Source of the DNA: the human T2T-CHM13v2.0 reference genome, Homo sapiens
Strand: one strand, 5' to 3'
NCBI RefSeq assembly: GCF_009914755.1
Contig: NC_060925.1
DNA length: 64,000 nucleotides
Below the pieces are notes generated by a model. That model was not told the DNA's origin. It ran no database searches and saw nothing but the letters and a program-made list of their open reading frames with translations. The translations under genes were made by a program, and so were the position numbers. This document shows, one piece after another, positions 1-16,513 of this stretch. Position 1 is the stretch's first letter. Each line of letters opens with the position of its first letter.

Positions 1-1315
1 CGGGCTGGGGGCTGACCCCCCCACCTCCCTCCCGGACGGGGCGGCTGGCCGGGCGGGGGGCTGACACTCCCACCTCCCTCCCGGACGGGGCGGCTGGCCG
101 GGCAGAGGGGCTCCTCTCTTCCCAGTAGGGGCGGCCGGGCAGAGGCGCCCCTCACCTCCCGGAAGGGGCGGCTGGCCGGGCGGGGGGCTGACCCCCCCAC
201 CTCCTTCCTGGACAGGGCGGCTGGCCGGGCAGAGGGGCTCCTCACTTCCCAGTAGGGGCGGCCGGGCAGAGGCGCCCCTCACCTCCCGGACGGGGCAGCT
301 GGCCGGGCGGGGGGCTGACCCCCCCACCTCCTTCCCGGACTGGGCGGCTGGCCGGGCGGGGGGCTAACCCCCCGACCTCCCTTCCGGACGGGGCGGCTGG
401 CCGGGCGGGGGGCTAACCTCCCCACCTCCCTTCCAGATGGGGCGGCTGGCCGGGCGGGGTATTGACCCCCACCTCCCTCCCGGACGGGGTGGCTGCCGGG
501 CGGAGACGCTCCTCACTTCCCAGACGGTGTGGCTGCCGCGCGGAGGGGCTCCTCACTTCTCAGACGGGGCGGTTGCTGGGCGGAGGGGCTCCTCACTTCT
601 CAGATGGGGCGGTTGCCAGGCAGAGGGTCTCCTCACTTCTCAGACGGGGCGGCCGGGCAGAGACGCTCCTCACATCCCAGACGGGGCGGCAGGGCAGAGG
701 CGCTCCCCACATCTCAGACGATGGGCGGCCGGGCAGAGATGCTCCTCACTTCCTAGATGGGTTGATGGCGGGGCAGAGACGCTCCTCACTTTCCAGACTG
801 GGCAGCCAGGCAGAGAGGCTCCTCACATCCCACACGATGGGCGGCCAGGCAGAGATGCTCCTCACTTCCCAGACGGGGTGGCGGCCGGGCAGAGGCTGCA
901 ATCTCGGCACTTTGGGGGGCCAAGGCAGGCAGCTGGGAGGTAGAGGTTGTAGCGAGCCGAGATCACGCCACTGCACTCCAGCCTGGGCACCATTGAGCAC
1001 TGAGTGAACACAACTCCGTCTGCCATCCCGGCACCTCGGGAGGCCGAGGCTGGCGGATCACTCGCGGTTAGGAGCTGGAGACCAGCCCGGCCAACACAGC
1101 GAAACCCCGTCTCCACCAAAAAAAATACGAAAACCAGTCAGGCGTGGCGGCGCGCGCCTGCAATCGCAGGCACTCGGCAGGCTGAGGCAGGAGAATCAGG
1201 CAGGGAGGTTGCAGTGAGCCGAGATGGCAGCAGTACAGTCCAGCTTCCGCTCGGCATCAGAGGGAGACCGTGGGGAGACGGGAGAGGGAGGGGGAGGGGG
1301 AGGGGGAGGGGGAGG
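1..1315 (-). mobile_element. SVA retrotransposon (young SVA_D/E/F type): VNTR, Alu-like region and 5' hexamer repeat; SINE-R and polyA lie left of the window
   Basis: GC-rich VNTR units (gggctgacccccccacctccctcccggacggggcggctggcc; ctcctcacttcccagacgggg) over ~1-880; Alu-like segment ~880-1270; (GGGGGA/GGGAGA)n, i.e. minus-strand CCCCCT/CCCTCT hexamers, at ~1280-1314. Confidence 0.97.
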
Positions 1316-1776
1316 CCAAATGGCATTGTTATGGGGTCTTATCTGCAAACGCAGAACTCCATTATGTTTTAATGATGGATGAGCCATTTTTACAAATTTG
1401 CAAGATTCTAGAAGAAAGAACAATCTGGAATGTGTTCTTACATACTTTTTTTTGGTTTATTTTGTTTTTCTGTTTTTTTTTTTCCAAGATGGACACTCAG
1501 TGTGAATGTTCTTATGTACTGTTGATTGTACCTCTAAGATGATGTAATGACCTCATCTCATCTAGCTGTCAACAATGGCCCCCTTTTGGCCAGAGGTTAT
1601 TTGACTGCTTCAGAGAGATCTGGAAAACACAATTTCTTAGTTTTATCTGTGGCCAATTGTACCTCTGTAATGGCTGTTTTGTCCACCATTGTTTTCTGGG
1701 ATTTCTGAGGAAAATTCTGAGACAAGTAACTCCTTTGTTTGTGGAAGTTAGTTTTGGAAATTACAAATGAAGTATC

Positions 1777-2093
<317 letters not shown>

Positions 2094-2604
2094 TGAAATT
2101 TCTATCCTAAAACAGCATGCATTACCTAATCCCAGGTGGTTAAAAAAATGTATATATATTTAATGGTTGCTCTGAAAAAATATAGACAGCATGGGTTCCA
2201 AAATATTAACTATAGTAAGGAGTCCCATCATGGTTTTCATAGCATCCTATCCTGTACTTGTACTTGTATGTTGTTGCATTTATAAAGATTGAAATTCATT
2301 ACTAATGTAGTTGGTTATCAGTTTCTTTCCTAGAACAGGGAGCACCTGTCCTGAACCAGGTCCAGGGTAGTGTACATGACACCTCAGCAATAGAGTGATT
2401 TTCTCTAGTTTTACAGTTTCTACAGTGAACATATTATTTTTCCTAATTACAAAATATAAATCTCTTTAAAATGACGCATGCATAATTAGGTACTCAGTAT
2501 TACTTTTAGGAAATTATATTTGTGCAACTGAAGAAAAGACCTACATGGGAAGAACTAGAATGGAAAGGAACAGGTTGAGGGATGTATATAAATGGTAGGT
2601 TTCT

Positions 2605-2966
<362 letters not shown>

Positions 2967-3829
2967 TCATACCCACAATAGCCAGTAATTGACATGGCAG
3001 CTTTGTTTTGCCTTCACTTAAAATACTGGCATGGTGTGTATTTTGTTGTCTGTCCTTCAGAATTGGATTTTGTTTTTTCAAGGAGAAAAATAGATGAGAC
3101 TGCTACTATAGGATCCCTTGTTAGATATATTACATTTCAGGATATATTTCCAGGCACTTCGTGGTGGAAATCTGGCTCTCGGAGCTTAGGCTTGGTTTTG
3201 GGATATTTTCTGCATGTCAGTATATTTCAGTATGCCTCTAAGTAAACCAAGTAGCTCCTCCTCCCCCTCAACACCTGGTATGATTCATGACTGATTTGGG
3301 TAGCTGTAATTTTTCTAATGTCAGTTAGAAGGGAAAGAATTTAAATTTACTACATGCCAATCATATTCCAAAGCCATACTTAGTATTAAAACCACAGAAG
3401 GAGTCATTTACATTTAACAGGAGCTGTGGGTCTTAAGCAATGATCATTTGGTAATGTATGTTTTGATTTTAGGTTAAAAAGAACCTTGATATTGTGGGAT
3501 TTCTGGTTTTCAGATGAGTGGCTAGTAGCCTGTTTTTAGAAAGACATTGGGGATGGGAACATGTATTTGGCTTCTTTGAGTACAGAAATTCTGCTTCTTG
3601 GTGGACCACAGTTTGACTTTGTTTTCGGGGTTACCTTGGTGTAACAAAGCATCCCTTATGCCTTCAGGGCTGTCCTTACCACCCATCACCTGCCAATTGG
3701 TTCCTGTCTATGTCAGTGTTTTGAATCAGAATATGAGGTGTGAAAAATACTTCATTCGATTTTAGACCACTCCTACCTTTTGGGTAGTATTACATTTGAA
3801 AGTTTAGGATTTGGCCTTGTTCACTTGTT

Positions 3830-4250
3830 TATATTTTTACTCTAAAATAGGTGTTAAATATATTTTGAGCATTTACTGTTGCAGGGCACTGTACTAGGTA
3901 CTATGGAATTACATACAAACTGGAGAGATAGGCTCTGCTCTCATTAAGCTTGTTGTATGATAGGAAAGAAGGAAAACAACAATGAAAAAGCTACATAGCC
4001 CTTTCATTGCAGAGTGGTCAGTGCTATGGTGTGGACAGAGTGTCCTGAGGGAGTCTAAGTGGAAGATAAGTTGAGGGAGAAGTGGATAGAGAGTGTGTGT
4101 GACCTTATGCAAAGGCACTGGAGTAAAAAGGTGCATCTGTCATTGAAGAGAATGAAAAAAAAAGTTCAGGGACAGGAGCTCAGTGAGGGAAGGTGAGTAT
4201 GCCCAGACCATGAAGTCTCCTGGGCTACAGTGAGGACTTTGGACTCTATG
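3830..4250 (-). mobile_element. L2 3' fragment (degraded)
   Basis: ttttgagcatttactg...ggcactgtactaggta and a purine-rich run typical of antisense L2. Confidence 0.6.
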
Positions 4251-4492
4251 AGCTAGGAGTGTTCTGCCCACTTAAAAAAAGACATGTAGGGGACACACAT
4301 TATTTTATTTGCCTGAAGCTTGACCACCTCTCCTTTAGCTCCCTTCCGCATTCTGGAAAATGCTTCTCCATTTCTCTAGCTCCATGGTTACCATGGAGGC
4401 AGCCACGTTGTTTTAAGCTACTCTGTGTCCCAACCACAGATGATTGATCCAGGGATTTTATTTGATTCCTTGGGGGTGTTGGAATTGGATTA

Positions 4493-4898
<406 letters not shown>

Positions 4899-5705
4899 AA
4901 AGTAAAATCAAGCAGAGATAGGATATTCCTGGGCTCTCCACATGCTCCAGGCACTGGTTCCAGACCTTTCCAACATGAATCCTAGTCTTGGGTTCTATAA
5001 TATAACAGTATTCCCCTAAAAAGTTTTCTGTCCCCACTTTCTGTTTATACTAGCCACAATTAGTTTCTGTCACTAATGTAAAATTATTTTCTCTATATGT
5101 GCAGGTATTTGTAGATATTTATAATAATTTTGCTTTAGGGCAATCTTCGGATTGTAAATGGGCCTTAAAGCTTCTTAATTCATGGAAAGTCAATTATCCT
5201 CTAGTTTAGTTTGAGGATACAAAGGGACAGGAGAAGTTAAGCTCATCTCATATTTCCCAAGAATGTAAATGTGATGAAAGGGAACTTTGCAGTCTAAGCA
5301 AAAACACTTGGACAAGATAACTTACGGACTTGAGTGTAAAAACTTAAGAAGTGAACTTTCACTTGTAGCAGTTCTCTCTGATGTGAGTCTTGCTAGTCCA
5401 CTCAGGTTTTATTTCTTTTAGAAGGTGATGCAAACAGCAATATTATTAGCTTAAACCTAAAATGTGGTTTATTTAATGTAACCATGACCAACTGCATTTT
5501 CATAATTCTGTCTTTGCTGCATTATCAGCTGGCAGGGTTATTCACGCTGGACTAGCCTCTGAGCCTGCTAATTCAAATAAACAGTCCTTGCCAACCACTG
5601 CTGAGCTTTGAGAAGGTCTAGGCTAAAGATGGGCAAATTAAAGACAATTCCACACTGTGGTAAGATAATCAACTACTCTGATTACCTAGTAACTAAGCTA
5701 ATTGG

Positions 5706-5904
5706 GAAGCAGTGTAGTATATGGGATAAGAGCAGGCTGTGTGGATTCAGACCTGTGTGGGAATTCCACCTCTGCTGTCTACATGCTAGATGACTTCAAG
5801 CAAGTTCCCTGATCTTTCTGAATCTCAGTTTTCCTGTTGATAAAATGAGGTAATAATAGTACCTACTTCGTGGGACTATTATGATTTAGTAAAATAATAT
5901 TTAT
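5706..5904 (+). mobile_element. MIR
   Basis: MIR core: caagttccctgatctttctgaatctcagttttcctgttgataaaatgaggtaataatagtacctac. Confidence 0.8.
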
Positions 5905-5920
5905 AAGACACAGTAAGTTC

Positions 5921-6200
5921 TTTTTTTTATTATTACTTTAAGTTCTGGGATACATGTGCAGAATGTGCAGGTTTATTACATAGGTATACATGTGCCATGG
6001 TGGTTTGTTGCACCTGTCAGCCCATCATCTAGGTTTTAAGCCCTGCATGTGTTAGTTATTTGTCCTAATGCTCTCCCTCCCCTTGCCCCCGACTCCCTGA
6101 CGGGCCCCGGTGTGTGATGTTCCCCTCCCTGTGCCCATGTGTTCTCATTGTCCAAATCCCCCTTATGAATGAGAACATGCGGTGTTGGGTTTTCTGTTCC
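5921..6200 (-). mobile_element. Short 5'-truncated L1PA (PA7/PA8-like) 3' end with intact TSD
   Basis: ttttattattactttaagttctgggatacatgtgcagaatgtgcagg is an antisense L1PA 3' UTR; TSD aagacacagtaagttc at 5905-5920 and 6201-6216. Confidence 0.92.
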
Positions 6201-6767
6201 AAGACACAGTAAGTTCTTAAGTATTAGCATTATTATGGATATTATTTTGTAAAGCAGTTACCATAATGCCTAGAATTTGATAAATGCTATTTGCTCTTTT
6301 ACCTTAAAAATGTACCTATCCATATCTTTGAAACTTCAGTAAGTAAATGTCTTCCCTGATTTACCTGCCTTTGGGCAGCAGGTTAAGAATCCCTGACATA
6401 AACTGACCTTCTCATTTTATAGACAGAAATTGCAACCCCAAAGAGTAGCAATTTTTCAGGGTTGGGCAGAGCTGGTCTGGAGCTTAGGGGTCTGTCTCCT
6501 AATTCAGTGCTTTACCCACTACACTGCCTATTTCAAGTGCAGATGACCTAGGGCATTCTTTGGCTGCATCAATATGTATAAAGAGACACATGATGCTTGC
6601 AAAAGGTACAGTTAGAGACTTTTACAAACCCCCAAACTTGTGGATATGGAAATGCTTATATACTCCTTATTTTTCCCCAAATCATATTTCTATAAGGATT
6701 CTCATTTCCTGTGCACATTCCTTTTTTATGTGAATACAGTTTTCCTGAAGTATCTTCCCTTGCTTGA

Positions 6768-7065
<298 letters not shown>

Positions 7066-8706
7066 GATGGCAAGTTTTTACAAGGAACCTGAGTTTGTAG
7101 TCACTTCACAGGCATTACAAGGACAAGGGAGGAATCTCCAAGTTTTATTGCCAGAAAGATGCTGGGCCCTTGGGACCTACATAGCTATTCTAAACACTGG
7201 ATACATCAACCACAGAATCCAAGTTTGCATCTCAGTGAAATTTCACACTAGAACATATTCTTTGGAATTCCTCGTGAATAATTGAAACAATGATTGTTAA
7301 GTCCTTTAATGCTAAATATTTACTCTATAATGGTCCCATTCTACTGGACATTGGTCAGACTGCCGTGTTCCATTGAGGGTCGTATTTAAGAGAGCTGTGG
7401 CCAAACCTAAGTTCACATAACAGCATGCAGTGAGGATGGAAAGGAGTTCTAGGAGTTGAGTTATGTGAGGGATGGTGTATTTGGCCTGCATGGGAGATGA
7501 AGAGGAGTAATAAAAGGCACCATCAAATATTTTAAGTCTGTCAGGGGAGGAGGGATTTTATTTACTCTATCATACTGGATATTTCAGAGAGGCATATTTT
7601 AGGCTGTTTATTTTAAAAAGTTAGGTGAAACTTGAACAACAATAGTAACTATAACAATTAAGTCTTCCAGTTATTGAGCATTTAGTGAGTACAGAGTCCT
7701 ATGCTAGGTGCCCTCCAGGGATTGTAATCCCTGTTTTATAGATGATGAAACTGGGATTCAAATAGGTTTGGGAATTGGTCCTTAACTGGCAGGTCCGTAG
7801 GACTGTAAAGCCTCAGGAAGAGCAATTGCCTCCATCACAGAAAGCATAAGAGGTTGTAGGAAGAATAGATTCTGTGGGCACAGGCCTGCCTTGTATTCCA
7901 CTCTACCCGGAGTGCCCAGCACTGGGCCTGGCCTCTGCCAGTGGTCAGCAAATGGATGTGCAATGGACACATGAACAGACTCTGCATTTGGTGGGAGCTT
8001 TGAATTCTCTGACTGGACTTGAAGGACCTTCCAAAGTCACTGACCATTTAGATGGAAATAAAATATACATCCCCATCACTTGGCTGTTAAATATAAGCTC
8101 GTCACAGTTAAAGTCTGGCAAGGCTGGACTGGGGGAACAGTGGCAGTTCCTGAGAGTGCTGAGGGTGGGATTTTCCTTACAGTTCTATTAATTGGATGTG
8201 TCCAGAGTGATCTCGTGTTTCCTTGAGAATTGTGGCCACATACTGCCCTAAGTGCTGCTCTCTGCATTTTGTGGCAGTTGATGGGATATGATGAGTTTGT
8301 GGGGACAAAAGACTTTAAAAGGTCTCTGTGAGAAATGACTCCTATTGCCTTTGGGTGAGAGGCCAATTTATCAGAATAGCAAATGCCTTATGTTAGTGGC
8401 ATACTTTGAACACTTGCCATAGAATGTCTCCTTTGATCCTTGATAGATAAAGAAGATATAACCCCCATTTTGCAGAAGACACTGAAGCTCAGAGAAATTA
8501 TAGGACTTGCTCAAGGTCACATGAAATTCCAATCTTTCTCTGAGCTCCAGGGTCAGTTATCACCTGCCTACTTGATAACTCCACTTGGATAGCTAATGGG
8601 CACCTCAAATCCAGCACGACCTAAACAGAGGTCCCAACTCCTGCTCTTTCTCTGAAGAGCACTGATGCTCTCTGTTTCAGTAAATGGCATCCCAGGGAAC
8701 CCAGGT

Positions 8707-9162
8707 ACATTAGTCCTATTGCTGCTGCAACAAATTACCACCGACATAAAAGCTGTACAAATTTATGATTTCACACTTCTGGAGGCCAGAAATCTAATGT
8801 GGGTCAGCTGGGCTGCAATGCTTCTGGAGTCTTCAGAGGAAACTGTTGTCTTGCCTTTTCCAGCTCCTAGAGGCTTCTGATATTCCTTGGCAAGTGGCTT
8901 GCATTACTCTGACCTCTGCTTTCATCATCACATCTCCTTCTCTGACTCTGGCCCTCCTTTCTGACTCTGCTTCCAGCTTTCCCTTATAGGGATCCCTGGA
9001 ATTACAATGAGGTTCACCTAGATATTCCAGGACAATCCCCCCATCTCAAGATCTTTAATTTCATCACATCTGCAAAGTCCCTTTGGCATGGAAAGTAACA
9101 TATTCACAGGTTTTGGAGATTAGGATGTTGGCATTTTGTGGGCCAATCTTCTGCTTACTACA
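8707..9162 (-). mobile_element. MaLR solo LTR (MLT1C/D-like), inside an L2
   Basis: ttagtcctattgctgctgcaacaaattaccac...catcacatctgcaaagtcccttt...ctgcttactaca matches an antisense MLT1 LTR. Confidence 0.85.
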
Positions 9163-10160
<998 letters not shown>

Positions 10161-10841
10161 TGAAGTTTAAATCTAGGTCTTCTGGTTCTGGGTAGAATGT
10201 GCTCTTCTCTCCCCCATGCGTTATCTTCATAGGTGGTTAAAGAAAAGTATGATTTTGTAATATCAGCGAAGTGTTTGTTTTCCTAACACCTTCCAAAATA
10301 TCAGTCAGCACAGGTCAAACATGCCCCTATGTCTGCTCAGAGGCAGGCAGGTGAACAAGTGAACAGCTCTCTCTCTCTCAAGCCAATGAAGAGCCGTCCA
10401 CTCTCTGGCAAAGCACTGAGCTATTTGCTGAGAGTTTCCCAAGGTGAACCGAAGACTCCTTGAAAGCCTCCTTCACTGGCTATGCACCACTTGTAATTAT
10501 GTGCACACATTTTGTAACCCTTTCATGAGAGGTGGGATCGTGCATATAGTGTTTGCATATCCCAGAATTGCTCCCTGACCAGCACAGCTTTTTGGGTAAG
10601 TTAAATATGGGGGTGATTATGCTTGAGAATGTTCACTGGACCACAAGGCACCTCCCATATTCTGGAGATGTGTGTGAGCTGCAAAAGGGGTACGTGAGCT
10701 CCAGGAACAGGTAGCATCATTTCCATCAGCTCAGCCAGACTCTGTTGTGCATATGCGGCATGCTGGGGATTGAGACGAGAGCTACAGACACAAAGCTCAA
10801 ACAGCTCCAGTTGTTGCTCTGGAGGAGCTTGTAGTCTGCGT

Positions 10842-11008
10842 CAGTGCTACTTAGAGTGGGGTCTGTGGACCAGCAGTATCAGCATCACCTGGACATTTAT
10901 TAGAAATGCAGAATCTCAGGACTCACCCCAGATCTCTTGAATCCAGATCTGCATTTTAACAAGATGTCCAGTGATTCCTCTGCACATTAATGTTTAAGAA
11001 GTTTTGCT
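10842..11008. mobile_element. MER5A-type hAT-Charlie MITE
   Basis: gtggaccagcagtatcagcatcacctgg...tagaaatgcagaatctcagg...ctgcattttaacaagat...gcacattaatgtttaagaag. Confidence 0.85.
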
Positions 11009-11581
<573 letters not shown>

Positions 11582-11664
11582 CTATCGAATACTGAATAAT
11601 AGTGTAACAAATAATAGTAAACACAAGTAGTTCTTAGCATGCTCCAGGCCCAGGCCTACTCATT

Positions 11665-12068
<404 letters not shown>

Positions 12069-12737
12069 TAGTGGAACTCCCGACTACGATTGCTGGAGTG
12101 CCAGGTGAGCCCCAGCTGGGCAATTCAATTCATCTCGTGCCTGCCCTTCCTCTTTGGGGAGACTGCCTTGCTGCTGATGAAATGGAGGTAGAGAGCTGGA
12201 GGTGAAGCTGAGTCCCGTTAGCATCCCCGTGATGAACAAATCATGCGCATTCTTTCAAGGTGATGTGAAGAGATGACTAAAAGGTTTTGAAAAGTTCCAG
12301 ATAGAAATCTTCTTAGATGGCATTGACTGGGCTGGGGAGGGGCCTGTTTCTGTGGGTGAGTTGCAGTCCTCCCTACCTGACCTTGCGCAATGTAGTCTGT
12401 CCCTGGTTGGGGATGTGCCGCACTCCACCGACTGCATATTAAAAAGCTGTATTGACTTATTCCTAACAGGGAACTGGCTCTGATTTCCATTTCACAGCAG
12501 CTGTCATCTGCTCTACTCTTCAGCAACAAACACGGGGTCAGCCTGGCCCCAACTTTTTTCCCTCTTGTGATAGTGTTAAAAAGCTCCCTAACTGTCCCAG
12601 TCTTTCTTTATGTGGATTTGATATTCTGTCTGCTACCTAGGCCTTTCAGAGACCTCCTTTTGATCATCTATTTCTTCAGGGGTTTTTATTGTTGAAATAA
12701 AACTTGGGGGTAAAATATTTGTATACAACTATTAATC

Positions 12738-13080
12738 TTCATTGTCCAATATGGTAGCTACTAGCTGTATGTGGCTCTATTGAGAACTTGAAATGTGGAG
12801 CATCTGAACCAGATGTGCTACAAGAGTAAGATACACACCAGATTACAAAAGACTTGATTAAAAAATGCAAAATATCCCATTACTAACAAGAAGGTAAAAT
12901 AGCTCATTAATAATTTTTATATTAACTAGTGAATATTTTGGATCTATTGGGTTAAGAAAATATATCAAATTTAATTTCACTTGTTTCTCTTTACTTTTTG
13001 TTAATGTAACTACTAGAAAATTTAAAGTTTCCTATGTGGCATGTGTTTGTAGCTTGCATTACATGTCTCTGGGGCAGCCT
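12738..13080 (-). mobile_element. MER33 (hAT-Charlie) DNA transposon
   Basis: tgtccaatatggtagctactagctgtatgtggct...ttgagaacttgaaatgtgg...ctactagaaaatttaaa matches antisense MER33. Confidence 0.8.
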
Positions 13081-14298
13081 CTCTCTAAACCCATTTGACC
13101 AGGAGCAGCCAACAAGGTTTCCATCTGCTGGAATCCATATTTAGAGTCAAAGGTCAGTCAGTTTAATTCCACACATGGGATTTTTCCCTCACCCCCTCCT
13201 CCTTACCTGTTCCCTGGACCTCCTTATCGGATCTTGTTCAGGTTTTGGGCACTGCACCTATTGATTGATCCCTCAGTGGCTGCTGGTTGGCTCTTTGTCC
13301 CACCTTCACCATCATCTGGTCTTTCTGGGACTCCTCAGCAGGCTCCTCTGGGTGGGCTAGCCCTAAATGTGAGTGATCCTCACAGTTCTGACCCCTCCTC
13401 CACCTCTCTCCCCTCTGCTCCTCTTCCCTGGTTTGGGACTCAGATTCACATTGAACCTTTTTTAACTGGCAGGGCAAGCCTCTGTGGTCCATCTGGAAAG
13501 AACCACAAAGCATCCTTTGTCATCCTGTTTTAGTATCTAGAATACACTCTGAAGATCAGAAGCAGTCTCTCTGTACAAGACATGTGTTTCCCATCAGCAG
13601 ACAGCAGACTCTTTTGTAGCTGGGTTCAAAATCTTTGTTGTTGACCGCTTCTGGCATCTTAGCTTTTGTGAATCTGGGGTGATACCTTTTGGTTTCCCTG
13701 CCTTTTCTTTAACACCAGATCTCCTTCATCCTGATGCATTTTTAAACACCAGTCAGGATATGCCATTTATGTTCATGCTAAAGTCTTCACTGACACTCAC
13801 CACACCAATCTACTTTTATTCCCAGTTACTATGTTAGAATCCTATTTAGATAGATGGAGCCAATTGAGCGGGCCCTGCAGAAAGCCATATTCAGTTAGTG
13901 TAAATCTTCCTGCTGGTGTTGGAGACAGCAAGGTCCCCTGGGATTCTGTCTGGAAATCTTATTGGATTTTCAAGACTTAAGTTAATATAGAGACCCCCCA
14001 AGATAGTATAGGGCCTCATTTCTTTGCCTTGAAAGATGTTTTTAGAGGTCTGTCTCAAGAGTCTCGCTGATAAGGAAGTTACTTCAAATATTTCAAGAGA
14101 AACAACCACAAAGAGTCTTCTATTTTCTCAATATTTTTTCTCTCCCTGCCCGTCCATCTTTTTAGTATTTTTTAAATGCCTGCCCTCTATATTTATTTCC
14201 CTCTTTCTCTCATGCACTCATTAACCTTAGGCCCCTGTTTCAAATGGAATTAATTAGTAACCATAAAACTTGGTAAGTGATGGCCTTAAGGGAAAAGT

Positions 14299-14418
14299 CT
14301 TTCTTTCTTCTTTCTTTCTTTCTTTTCCCTCCCTCCCTCCCTCCTGCCTTTCCTTCCTTCCTTCCTTCCTTCCTTCCTTTGTTCCTTCCTTCCTCTCTCT
14401 CTGTCTCGCTCTCTTTCA
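14299..14418. repeat. Pyrimidine-rich simple repeat (TTTC/TCCC/TTCC)n
   Basis: Directly visible tetranucleotide runs. Confidence 0.9.
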
Positions 14419-14765
14419 TGACGAATGAATATACCTTGTAGACATAAGTGAATACATTTCATGATACTGTACTTTTTTCTTTTCTTAATCAAGTGAACAT
14501 CTTCCTTAGTGACATATAGGGTACTGTCTCCTGACTTTTGCTCTGAGACGCAGCACTCAGCAGAACAGAGTGTGGGCTTTGGATTCAGAGCCATAAGTTT
14601 GAGTCCCAGCTCTCCCTTTATGCTGGGCAAACAGTGTCGCTCTTCTGCAGTTCCATTCCCATGTTAGTAATATAGGCACGACCATTTCTGCCTTGCCATA
14701 TTGTGTTCAGAACTAAAGGTGATTGTGCATGTAAAGTGCCTCACTCCCAGTGGGCTTTCAGGCAT

Positions 14766-14814
14766 CCCCAGGTGCTGCGTTTTATTCAGTTAAAAAAGTC
14801 AAAGGAAGAGTCTA
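14766..14814 (+). repeat. 49-bp dispersed direct repeat, copy 1 (copy 2 at 16742-16790)
   Basis: ccccaggtgctgcgttttattcagttaaaaaagtcaaaggaagagtcta vs ccccaggtgctgggatttagtcagttaaaaaagtcaaaggaagagtcta, 46/49 identical. Confidence 0.92.
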
Positions 14815-15956
14815 AACACCTCCCACCAGGGTCGTTGATAAATATCTTGTCTCAGCCTTCTTGAGTCCAGCAAGGATGTGAATGTCATACCTTCAGTAAA
14901 CTAGATTTTGTACTTCTAGAAGACTTTTATTAGGCACATAAGAAAATGATGCTAACAAAGTTCAAAGTTGCTCCGTGTTGCAGTGATCTTTTAAAAGGGA
15001 AGTTTTGAGGTAGTTTTGAAGCAGATTTCTGGAATCATCTTCAGGACTTTCGTGAGCTCATTGTAATGTGTTATGTGAAATGCATGTCCTCAAAACATGG
15101 GTGGTTGTATAAACGAGGAAGCTGGCCTCATGGAGCCAAAGCAGCATGGAAAGGCCCAAATAACTTGCTGTGGGGAAGACTGACTGCCTCTGGGGTTTTT
15201 AATCAGCATGAAAAGCCACCCAGGGCCCCAAATCATTAGTAGCATTTTAATTGGCAGCAGAGTAATACTGTGTCTACTTTGGCTTAAAGATATAAATTTC
15301 CTGCTCTCTCATAACAGATGGTGATGAGGTGCATGGTAGGAAGCATGGCAAGAACTGTGTTACTCAAAATGTAGACTTAATTGCAAATTTGAAATGGAAA
15401 TAAAGTGAAGGTTCTGTCTTTATTTACAATAAATTTCATGTGTTAAATGGACTTGTCTAATTCTTCTATTTTACCATGCGATTGAATAATAAACATTTAT
15501 TATGTGCTTCTGGCATGCACTGTGTTAAATATTTTACATGGATTATGTCATGGATCTCTTGCCATGATCCTGAGGAAAGTATTATTGCTGCTTTTAGTAG
15601 CATCGAATGTTGGAATAAAGTCTGCAGGGGCAGCTGGTAATATGTCAGCAATGTCTGTCTTCTGAGATGAGACAGTGATAAAAGGGCTGACTGCCCACCT
15701 AGGGAGGCAGTCTCATCTCTCATTAGTGCCAGGAGCCATAGAATGTGAGCCTGGAGGCTCTCACCACCAGGTAGGTGACCCTGTGCACACCCTCCCATTG
15801 CTCTCATCACATTAGAATAGCATCTGCAGTCTTTACTCTCACCTTTAAGGCCCTGCATGACCCAGCTTCATCTTCTGCTATTCTCCCTATGTTCTTTTTC
15901 CTTCCTCTGCTTGATGTTCCTATGTAGCAGTTATTCCTACCTGAGATTATGTTATG

Positions 15957-16513
15957 TGTCAAACAGGAAGATCAGGCTGCCAATCCCAGGTGGGGATTAT
16001 CAACCTGTGGAGGATGGCAAAGAGTATAACACCACCAATCACGAGAAGTCGGAGCCCATTGACCTTGGCCCCTGCATTGCCTATGGGCTTGGAATCCCCA
16101 AGGAGACCTCAGCATACAAGGTGCTTGTTGGAACAATGCTTTATTCACAGAAAGGAGAAAAGGCACAGCAAGATCAGCATCTGCAGCACGTGCCAGTCTC
16201 CCATGGTTAGCAGAACTCTCCAGATAAAGTGGAAGACTGTACCCAGGCTGCTCTACTGCAGGAGAACACCCCGTTCCCTCCTCAAGGGGAGCAGATATAC
16301 AAGTGGACTGGCCAAATGCCATATGATGAATACACTTAAGCGGTAGCAGAAAGTTGTGTCTCCAGAACAAGGAAAAACTTCTCCCAGTGAGGAAGAAGAA
16401 TCTAGGAGCCAGTGGCAACTCCAGATGAGGGAAGTTTCCTGGTCCAGGCCACTGACTGGGCAATCCTGGGGAGGGATGACAGGCTGAGCAATGGCTGCTT
16501 CCCCGACAGCACA
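15957..16513 (-). mobile_element. 3' LTR of the provirus (MER74/MER73/MER54 group)
   Basis: Minus strand begins tgtgctgtcggggaagcagccatt, contains AATAAA (ctgtgaataaagcattgttcc) and ends ...gatcttcctgtttgaca; terminal 71 nt are 50/71 identical (ungapped) to the 5' LTR. Confidence 0.82.

Noticed and set aside
437-1542. Several 60-181 aa ORFs at the window start
   Set aside because: They lie in or start within the GC-rich SVA VNTR, Alu-like and hexamer regions, where stop codons are scarce; not genes
15466-15858. 130-aa minus-strand ORF beside the provirus
   Set aside because: Its ends run through MIR- and L2-derived sequence; no recognisable domain or splice context
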